Made by a program: the position numbers and the translations under genes. DNA of 64,000 nucleotides, taken from an uncultured Candidatus Melainabacteria bacterium (GTDB taxonomy: Bacteria > Cyanobacteriota > Vampirovibrionia > Gastranaerophilales > Gastranaerophilaceae). Each line of letters starts with the position of its first letter. Positions within the stretch are counted from its first letter, which is position 1. Under the pieces are notes generated by a model. It had not been told where the DNA came from, did not search any database, and saw only the letters and a list, made by a program, of their open reading frames with translations. The stretch is from contig CATJOM010000054.1 of assembly GCA_949741915.1 (NCBI GenBank), positions 50,100 to 114,099 on the forward strand. The letters are read 5' to 3'. Below are positions 8,804 through 16,408 of this stretch, one piece after another.

Positions 8804-8832
8804 TTGTACGGCTTATATTTTTATAGTATAAT
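8804..8832 (+). promoter_or_regulatory. Candidate sigma70 promoter for manC (TTGTAC, 17-bp spacer, TATAAT)
   Basis: -35 at 8804..8809, 17-nt spacer, consensus -10 TATAAT at 8827..8832. This is about 40 bp upstream of the manC ATG, which has a GGGAGG RBS. Confidence 0.45.
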
Positions 8833-8871
8833 TAACTAAAATGTCGGATTGATTGGGAGGAAAATTCAGGT

Positions 8872-10266
8872 ATGTACGGAATCATTCTTGCAGGTGGAAG
8901 CGGTTCAAGACTTTGGCCTTTATCTAGAGAATTATATCCAAAGCAGCTTTTAAGGATAAATACTGATAAAAGCCTCCTTGAAATGACTTATTTAAGACTT
9001 TTAAAGATGATGGATGAAAAAAATATCCTCAGCATTACAAACGCCAAACATTTTAGTGATGTTAAAACCCAGTTGTCATCTATAAGTCAAAATCCGATTG
9101 TTTTATCAGAGCCAACGCAAAAAAATACTGCCCCTGCTATTAGTGCCGCAGTTAAATATTTGCTTGATAAAGGAAAAGATGATATTGTTCTCGTTGTTCC
9201 CTCTGATCATCTTATTAAAAATGATGCTGAATTTCAAAAAGCAGTTCAAAATGCAGCAAAACTTGCAGAGGAAGGCAGCATAATCACTTTCGGAATAAAA
9301 CCTGATGCACCTGAAACAGGATATGGTTATATTAAGTGTACAGCTAAAATAAATGATTTTTCTAGAAAAGTTGACGAATTTAAAGAAAAACCTGACTTGA
9401 AAACAGCTGAAAAATACCTTAAAAGCGGTGACTACTTCTGGAACTCAGGCATTTTTATGTTTAAGGCATCAGTGTTTATGAATACCCTTTGCCAGCTAGC
9501 GCCTGAAATTTATAAAATAGTGCAGGAGTTAGATTTTACAAAAAATGATACTATTGAATTTACGAAATTTGATAAAATGCCCTCAATTTCAGTGGATTAC
9601 GCAATTATGGAGAAGGCAAAAAATATCGTCAATGTTCCTGTAGATTGCGGCTGGAATGACCTTGGCTCTTGGGATGCAATCTATGAAATTAATAAAAAAG
9701 ACGAAGACAATAATGTAAAAATTGGCGCCACGCAAATAGAAGGATGTAAAAATTCTTTATTTTATAGCTCAAATAGGCTTGTTGCAGGGGTTGGCCTTGA
9801 TGATATTATTTTAATTGAAACATCAGATGCAGTCCTTGCCTGTAAGAAAGATAGAACACAGGATGTAAAGAAAATTTTTGATAAATTAAAAGAAATAAAA
9901 GATGAAACCCACTTAATTCATACCACTGTTTACAGGCCCTGGGGCTATTATACTGTGTTAAATCAGGGAGATGGTTATCTCACAAAAATGATTTGCGTTT
10001 CAGCCCATGGACAATTGAGTTTGCAATCGCATAACTATAGAAGTGAACACTGGGTTGTATTATCAGGTACAGCAAGAGTAAGCCTTGATAATAAAAACTT
10101 TATACTAAAGCCAGGCTCAAGTATTGATATTCCAGTTAAAGTGAAGCACTCTCTTGGTAATCCTTATAGTGAAGAGCTGAAAATAATTGAAGTACAAAAG
10201 GGCGATAAGCTTGTTGAAGAGGATATTATAAGATACAAAGATATCTACGGCAGAGTTAAAGCCTAG
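8872..10266 (+). CDS. manC: Mannose-1-phosphate guanylyltransferase / mannose-6-phosphate isomerase
   Basis: 'GIILAGGSGSRLWPLSRELYPKQLL' nucleotidyltransferase N-terminus. C-terminal cupin 'RPWGYYTVL...LSLQSHNYRSEHWVVLSGTARV'. Confidence 0.9.
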   Translation: MYGIILAGGSGSRLWPLSRELYPKQLLRINTDKSLLEMTYLRLLKMMDEKNILSITNAKHFSDVKTQLSSISQNPIVLSEPTQKNTAPAISAAVKYLLDKGKDDIVLVVPSDHLIKNDAEFQKAVQNAAKLAEEGSIITFGIKPDAPETGYGYIKCTAKINDFSRKVDEFKEKPDLKTAEKYLKSGDYFWNSGIFMFKASVFMNTLCQLAPEIYKIVQELDFTKNDTIEFTKFDKMPSISVDYAIMEKAKNIVNVPVDCGWNDLGSWDAIYEINKKDEDNNVKIGATQIEGCKNSLFYSSNRLVAGVGLDDIILIETSDAVLACKKDRTQDVKKIFDKLKEIKDETHLIHTTVYRPWGYYTVLNQGDGYLTKMICVSAHGQLSLQSHNYRSEHWVVLSGTARVSLDNKNFILKPGSSIDIPVKVKHSLGNPYSEELKIIEVQKGDKLVEEDIIRYKDIYGRVKA

Positions 10267-10663
10267 ATATTTATTAACAGACAAGTATAGAAGACTTTTA
10301 AGTGCCTGAGTTTATGGCTAAGGCTATATATGAATTTGTGTTCAAAATTTATATGCCATAAATAGTATATTTATTATTTTAAAGCCTTTCTCCTGATGGA
10401 GTTAGCAAGATTATTTAAATATCCTAATTTTTTGGACTTTTCTTTGTAAGTAATATATTCCACATATGGAATATAGCTAATTGTAATATTTGTTTACATT
10501 TGTGATAATTGGGTTAAAAAAATTGTAAATATGCTGAATGCAGCTCTTATAAGCATTATACAGGATTTGTATATTATTATAATTGCAATACCCATGCCAA
10601 ATTTCCTAGCAAATTTTATTATTCAGCTGTTTTAATATAGCACTGGAGAAAAGAAAGCTGTAT

Positions 10664-11281
10664 ATGAGAATAAATTTTTTAACACAAGGTATAAATTTTG
10701 GCGAAACCATCATAAGTACCACAGCCGTAAAGAAAACAGATGGTAGTAAGGCTGAGCTAAATTTTGTAGAATATGATTGCGATAATAAAAAAGATTGTGC
10801 CAAAATAAAAGATACGCAAAAACTTTGGGGCCCTGAGGCGGTAAATATGGATTTAATATCAGGGCCATTTAATCATAGCGGCAAAATCCATACAAGTGTA
10901 CCATGGCGGCATTTTTATGGCCTTGAAAACAAATCAGGCGATATTCTTGTTATAGCAAAAACCAGGGATTCAAAAGTAAACATGGATGACAAAACAAGCA
11001 AAATTATTGATATATCCAATATTCAGGCCAATCCTGATGAAATGTGGGATTCAACACATAAAAAATATAGAAATCTTGGAGAATTGCTTGTTTGTCAAAT
11101 AGTAAAAATAGCAAAAAAGGACGATGCGGAAGCAATAAGTCTAAAATCTGAGAATGAAGGTTTTTGGTCAAAAAGTGGGCTTTTTAAACTTTCCAAGAAC
11201 TCTGTATCTGCAAGACCTACAAGAAGCCTCGCCCAAACGAATTATGATGATTACATAGATTATATAGAAAATAAAAAATGA
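10664..11281 (+). CDS. Hypothetical protein, GNAT-like C-terminal region (paralog A)
   Basis: 205 aa. It shares 'IQANPDEMWDS..KKYRNLGELLVCQIVKIAKK..AEAISLKSENEGFWSKSGLF' with the next gene. The R-x-x-G plus helix layout resembles the GNAT acetyl-CoA loop, in degenerate form. Confidence 0.4.
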   Translation: MRINFLTQGINFGETIISTTAVKKTDGSKAELNFVEYDCDNKKDCAKIKDTQKLWGPEAVNMDLISGPFNHSGKIHTSVPWRHFYGLENKSGDILVIAKTRDSKVNMDDKTSKIIDISNIQANPDEMWDSTHKKYRNLGELLVCQIVKIAKKDDAEAISLKSENEGFWSKSGLFKLSKNSVSARPTRSLAQTNYDDYIDYIENKK

Positions 11282-11964
11282 AGATAAACTCAACACATTA
11301 TAATAGTCAAAATATATCAAATGGACATAAATACCCGGCTTTTGGCAAGCGGACACTCGACACTGTAAATATAAGAAAGGCCGCAAATGGGCTCGGTTAT
11401 GTTGACTTTGTAAAGTATGATATGTTAAACCCGAAAGATAGAAGACAGTTTGTAGATTTATGCCTGATGTGGGGCAAAAAAGCTCCATATATGGACTATA
11501 TAGCTTGTTCTATACATAGCAGGGTGCAGCGTTTTTTTGAAAAATATATGCCAAATATGTCAAGGCATCATTTTTTTGGCCTTGAAGACAGAATGGGCAA
11601 AACCCTTGTAGTGAGCGAAGTTGTAGATGAAGGCAATAGGTTTAATTTACGAAACAGGGCAAGAGAAAACCGGCTAAATATTTATTTTTTGCAGGCAAAC
11701 CCTGATGAAATGTATACTTCGCCTAATAAGCAATACAGGGGCGTTGGGGAAACTTTGGTATCAAAAATTATAGAAATAGCTCAAAATGAAGGCAGAGATT
11801 CAATTGTGCTGGATTCACATAATGAAAATTTTTGGAATAGCAGCGGATTGTTTGAAGATTTTGGCTTTAAGACACAAGAATCGGTCAAAAAACGCCTGGA
11901 TAACTGCAAATTCAATGAATACATAGAAAAAGTCCACAGAAAAATGATACATGAATATTACTAA
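11278..11964 (+). CDS. Hypothetical protein, GNAT-like C-terminal region (paralog B)
   Basis: 228 aa. 'LQANPDEMYTSPNKQYRGVGETLVSKIIEIAQNEGRDSIVLDSHNENFWNSSGLFEDFGF'. Its start overlaps the stop of paralog A (ATGA). Confidence 0.4.
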   Translation: MKINSTHYNSQNISNGHKYPAFGKRTLDTVNIRKAANGLGYVDFVKYDMLNPKDRRQFVDLCLMWGKKAPYMDYIACSIHSRVQRFFEKYMPNMSRHHFFGLEDRMGKTLVVSEVVDEGNRFNLRNRARENRLNIYFLQANPDEMYTSPNKQYRGVGETLVSKIIEIAQNEGRDSIVLDSHNENFWNSSGLFEDFGFKTQESVKKRLDNCKFNEYIEKVHRKMIHEYY

Positions 11965-12251
11965 AAATCACGCCATGAAAGGATTTTAAGCTTTTATATA
12001 GCTTGCCGTATATGATTAGCAGTTTGTATAATTCCAGAATAGCTATACAGCAAAGGTTTTAAGGGTGTGCACGCCTAAAAACATTATATGCGCTGCTTTT
12101 TAGGATATTACAATTTTGAAAAACCGCTATATAGGTTATTTAGGGCTATGAATACATTTAAAATTAAAGTATATCAAGGTTTACGGATTATAGTTTTGCT
12201 GAAATGCTGTCTAAATAATGCTTTCAGGTGCAGCTGTCCAAATTTTAGTTC

Positions 12252-13040
12252 TCAGGCAACACCCGGAATGGAATTAAGCAAAAGCTTTGTGTACTCGTGT
12301 TTTGGGCTGTTGAATATATCCATAGTCTCGCCAATTTCTACAATTTCACCCCTATACATTATTGCAACCCTTGTGCAGAGGTATTTTACGACATTTAAAT
12401 CGTGAGAAATAAATAAGTAAGTCAAATTAAACTTATGCTTCAAATCTAACAGAAGATTTATAATCTGAGCCTGAATACTCACGTCCAGAGCGGATATTGG
12501 CTCATCGGCCACAATAAATTCTGGCTTTAAAATTAAAGCTCTTGCTATTGCAATCCTTTGTCTCTGTCCGCCTGAAAATTCATGCGGATATCGGTCTAAA
12601 TCATCTGGGGACAGGCCTGTCAACTCTATGATGCTGTTTAGCATGACAATTTTTTGTTTTTTATTTTTTATGCCGTTTACAATTAGGGGCTCAGATAAAA
12701 TTTCTTTTATTTTCATTTTGGGATTCAAGCTGGAGTAAGGGTTTTGGAAGATTAATCCAGTTTTTTTTCTAAAAATTTTTGTGTCATTTTTAGAAAAATT
12801 TTGAATATTTTTTCCATCATAAAAAATTTCGCCGCAGTCGGTGTCTAAAAGCCTCAAAATGCAGTTGCCAAGCGTGGATTTGCCGCTTCCTGATTCACCT
12901 ACAAGACCGACGATTTCTCCGCGTTTTATGCCTAAACTCACGCCCTTCAAAGCTTTTACGGGATTTTGTTTTTTTCCTAAAATTCCCCCTTTTGTGTCAA
13001 AAGTTTTAAAAACATTTTTTACTTCAACAAGATTTTCCAT
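12252..13040 (-). CDS. Oligopeptide/dipeptide ABC transporter ATP-binding protein (OppF/DppF-like)
   Basis: Walker A 'GESGSGKST', signature 'FSGGQRQRIAIARAL', Walker B 'FIVADEPISALD', and an OppF-type C-terminal tail 'IFNSPKHEYTKLLLNSIP'. Confidence 0.85.
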   Translation of the reverse strand: MENLVEVKNVFKTFDTKGGILGKKQNPVKALKGVSLGIKRGEIVGLVGESGSGKSTLGNCILRLLDTDCGEIFYDGKNIQNFSKNDTKIFRKKTGLIFQNPYSSLNPKMKIKEILSEPLIVNGIKNKKQKIVMLNSIIELTGLSPDDLDRYPHEFSGGQRQRIAIARALILKPEFIVADEPISALDVSIQAQIINLLLDLKHKFNLTYLFISHDLNVVKYLCTRVAIMYRGEIVEIGETMDIFNSPKHEYTKLLLNSIPGVA

Positions 13041-13896
13041 GGGAAATTTCCTAAATGTATGCTATATGCGCCTATACACCATTTTATATCATATAAACAG
13101 CAGGTTTTCTATATACTTTTGGCTTATTTTTAAAATATTGTGCTTCGTGTGAAAAATGATTTTTGCAACCAAATGTGTGAAATGGGCTAAAAGCTTGCTA
13201 TATAAGCCATACAAATAATTCTGTACGCTGAAAACATTATAAAGACAGTCTTTTGGAGGAATGGTCTATAAGTCAAAAATAATCAAATTTCCAAAAGTAC
13301 TATGGTTTGAGTGTTTTTGCCGATTCACACATGGGTAGGTTTAAAATCTAGTCATAGCAATGCTATTGCATGTCTTGATTTTTGGTGTTAGCAACAGAAG
13401 CGCTAAAAATACTTGTATTACTGGTTTTTAGCATATTGCACGGATAAAAACAGCTTATAGAAAGCTTATGCGCCTATTTTTGCAAATCTACACTGATTTT
13501 TACGAGCAAAAGCCTTGTTATTCAAAGAAATAAGTATTACAAAATCTCTAAAAACTCTGTGATTGCCGCATTTGCACGTGATAAAATCCCGCAATTGCAA
13601 ACCTTAACTATATTTTAGGATTCAATATAATTATTATGAGTGTAAAAGTGCAGTTTTTTAATAACAAAAAGGCGAATAAGATTCTAAAAAGACATCCAGG
13701 CAAGGATTTTGCTCCTTAAACAATAACCGCACGCATACATTGTTGGCTTCCGGGAAATTTATAACAATTTTTAGCAAAATCGGCAGTTTTTTGAATGTTA
13801 AGGTTTACAATGCTTAACATTTTTATTATTTATAGAAATTTTGATGGGGAAAATGTTTTTTATTAATTTAAGAGGAATTAAATATGAGGAGAAAAA

Positions 13897-14394
13897 ATGA
13901 GCATTGAAAAAATTTCTACATCCTGTAATTTTGACGCAGAATATTTGAAGGGTTGTGAGAAATCATTGGCGCTGCGCGATTTTGATAATGACGGAAAAAC
14001 TACGGCAGACGAGATGATTCTCAACAATAATCAGCTTTTTATCGCTCAATTCGGTGGTCAAAATGCCGAACTGGCCACAAGGGCCAGCAATCTTGCCGCA
14101 AGGCAGGCTGAAATTTTTCGAAAATATGCTGGCGAAGATAATGTTTTTACCCCCGAAGAGCACGCAAGCTGCATAAATTCAGAAGAATGGGTGGAGACGA
14201 TAGAGGCCTATCATAAGCTTGAAGCAGAGAAATGGACATATTTGCAAGAGCAGCAAAACACTGCGGAAAGTGGATATAAAGATAATGGGAATGGCGAAGA
14301 AACTGGTTTTTTCAAGAAAATTAGCAATGCAATAAACTCATTGTTTGAAAAATTCTTTGGAGGGGCCAAAAGCAAGGCGCAACAGGTGTCTTAG
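13897..14394 (+). CDS. Hypothetical protein with one EF-hand-like calcium-binding loop
   Basis: 'DFDNDGKTTADE' fits the 12-residue EF-hand loop, with D1, D3, D5, G6 and E12. A strong AGGAG RBS lies 6 nt before the ATG. Confidence 0.45.
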   Translation: MSIEKISTSCNFDAEYLKGCEKSLALRDFDNDGKTTADEMILNNNQLFIAQFGGQNAELATRASNLAARQAEIFRKYAGEDNVFTPEEHASCINSEEWVETIEAYHKLEAEKWTYLQEQQNTAESGYKDNGNGEETGFFKKISNAINSLFEKFFGGAKSKAQQVS

Positions 14395-14776
14395 AAATAT
14401 AAATTATTCGTAAAATTATTTTATGCTGCGTTTTCTTGGATTTTTATTGGATTTGCAATGTTTTTTTCAAAAGCAAAACATATATGTAATTTATTTATGC
14501 TGACAAACAATGGTTTTACGTAATTTGTTGACATACAAGGTTTTTAGAATAAAAGGGCTTGAGCACGTGAATCAGCTAGTTTTAGCTGGATTGCATTGAC
14601 ACAATTGCTCAAAAGCATATCTTTAGAGAAATATTAAGTTTGTTAAGTTTTAAGGCTATTAATTTTTTAATGTGTTAAGTTTTGTAAAAAAAGACAATAT
14701 TTTTTTAAAGCAAATTGGCAAATAAACATATTTTTATGTTTTATATAATATATAAAGATAAGAAAGATGTTAAATT

Positions 14777-14896
14777 ATGCAACAGGCAACAAGTTTAAAT
14801 TTAAACAATAAAATCGGTGTCTTAAATAATCAGACAATAAATAATAGTACGGCAGCTGCCGGTACCAAATCCCCCCCCGCAGGCGTATGTGAATAA
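14777..14896 (+). CDS. 39-codon ORF that would form the N-terminus of the downstream protein if the C8 tract were C7
   Basis: ATG at 14777. The product is MQQATSLNLNNKIGVLNNQTINNSTAAAGTKSPPAGVCE*. It runs through the C8 tract and overlaps the GTG start at 14889 in another frame. Confidence 0.3.
   Translation: MQQATSLNLNNKIGVLNNQTINNSTAAAGTKSPPAGVCE
14871..14878. repeat. C8 homopolymer tract
   Basis: Eight consecutive C. This is the longest G/C homopolymer I noticed in this AT-rich window. Confidence 0.95.
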
Positions 14897-16142
14897 TAAT
14901 CTCATTGATAATAAGGACACTAAAGATGGCGATGTTTTTGTTATCGGTGGCAAAAAGATAAAGAAAAAGACAGCTTTTATTGTAGGTGCTGCAGTGCTGG
15001 CAACAACAGTACTAAGCATAATTGCTATTGCGTGCAGGAAAAAACTTCCTGCAACTTCCCCATATGCTGTGCAAAAATCCGGAAGCAAAAATAATGTGCC
15101 CACATTAGAGTCTGACATCGGTGCAGGAGATAAACTGCCTTCTGGAGTGGAAAAACAGATGAATCCAGATAAAATCAATGAGGATCAAGTGCATGAAGTT
15201 ATTAGCGTCGATAAAACTGCCAATGCTGACGAAGGAAATAAAACCAATGCTACAAAAACAGATTCAACTGATAAAACTGCCAATGCTGGTGAACCGCATA
15301 TGGATAATGCCCAAAAAATAAAACTGGTATTGACTGAATTAAATAAAACAATAAGCTCCGCCCAAAAGAGTCTTAATGAAGCACATATATTGGCAGACAA
15401 AGCAAATAAACAAAGCGATGAAGTCATGGCGGAATTTAAAAATAAAGCAGACAATGTTATTGCCTTATTTGAAAATCAAGTTTTAGACAAGAATGGTAAA
15501 AAGGCCGTAGCAATAGATGAAAAATTTATAGATGATGACAAGATTACTCCCAAAATAATGACAGAAATATTGAAAGATGGCACTAGAAGAGAAAGTGAAT
15601 TTGTTGATGGTGTATTAGAAAAAATAACAGAAACAGCGTCAGATGCGAAGAAAAAATTATACTATCTTTTTGATAATAAGCTATGCAAATATGAAGAAGG
15701 GTGTGAGACACTAGCTAATGGTGATACCAAAACAGCATTTAGACTGAAATTTAATGCATCTGGTAAGCCCTGCGAATATAAAGAAGGGTGTGAGACACTA
15801 GCTAATGGTGATACCAAACTGGACAGAAAATTAATAGTGAATCCCGATGGTAAAATTGCTTGCTACGTGGAAGACTTTGAAGTTTTAGCAAATGGTGACT
15901 TCAAAGTTGCAAAGGCGCTAGAATCAGTGGTAAATATGCTTTATTACAAAGAAGGATGTGAAGAATTAGCGAATAATGATACAAAAATTGCGAAAAAGTT
16001 GATTTTTCAGGATAACAAACCGCAACGATATGAAGAAGGCTATAGTCTGTCGTTCCCCGGAAAGAACAATATAATAGAAGAATTGAAATTAGAATTAGAA
16101 TTAGTTGATGGTCAGTGGAAAGAATGCAGCACAAAAGAGTAA
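14889..16142 (+). CDS. Membrane-anchored repeat protein (single TM; about 29-aa 'Y-x-E-G-C-E-x-L-A-N-G-D-T-K' repeats)
   Basis: 417 aa from a GTG start. TM segment 'TAFIVGAAVLATTVLSIIAIA'. Four to five tandem repeats of about 29 aa in the C-terminal half. Perfect DNA repeats inside the ORF. Confidence 0.6.
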   Translation: MNNNLIDNKDTKDGDVFVIGGKKIKKKTAFIVGAAVLATTVLSIIAIACRKKLPATSPYAVQKSGSKNNVPTLESDIGAGDKLPSGVEKQMNPDKINEDQVHEVISVDKTANADEGNKTNATKTDSTDKTANAGEPHMDNAQKIKLVLTELNKTISSAQKSLNEAHILADKANKQSDEVMAEFKNKADNVIALFENQVLDKNGKKAVAIDEKFIDDDKITPKIMTEILKDGTRRESEFVDGVLEKITETASDAKKKLYYLFDNKLCKYEEGCETLANGDTKTAFRLKFNASGKPCEYKEGCETLANGDTKLDRKLIVNPDGKIACYVEDFEVLANGDFKVAKALESVVNMLYYKEGCEELANNDTKIAKKLIFQDNKPQRYEEGYSLSFPGKNNIIEELKLELELVDGQWKECSTKE

Positions 16143-16212
16143 AGTCATAGGTGTGCAACTGACAATTAAATTAATAATATTGCTTGGGCTTGACATCATT
16201 ATTATACGCAAT

Positions 16213-16236
16213 AAGCTGTGTTTCGCAGCTTTTTTT
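16213..16236 (+). terminator. Intrinsic terminator after the repeat-protein gene
   Basis: Stem AAGCTGTG/CGCAGCTT (8 bp, one G-U pair), 3-nt loop, then a T run to 16236. Confidence 0.5.
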
Positions 16237-16326
16237 GCGACCTCCGCTTTTTTACCTGTTAACGAGACTAATAATGCTCTATAAAATGGTTATAAAGTAA
16301 TGCCAGCTTTTTAATATATATATATA

Positions 16327-16360
16327 ATACCCTGGCAGTTCGTTTTTACTACCAGGGTAT
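16327..16360 (-). terminator. Hairpin downstream of pckA
   Basis: Stem ATACCCTGG (16327..16335) pairs with CCAGGGTAT (16352..16360) around a 16-nt loop. The tail on the minus strand is A/T-alternating rather than a clean U-run. Confidence 0.35.
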
Positions 16361-16408
16361 AAGAATATTGCGATAATGTTATATTAAACAGCAAAAATGT
16401 GTCTGTTT

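Noticed and set aside
13261-13338. 25-codon ORF (MVYKSKIIKFPKVLWFECFCRFTHG) preceded by GGAGGA
   Set aside because: The GGAGGA abuts the ATG with about 1 nt of spacing, which is too close for a functional RBS. The ORF is very short with no recognisable features.
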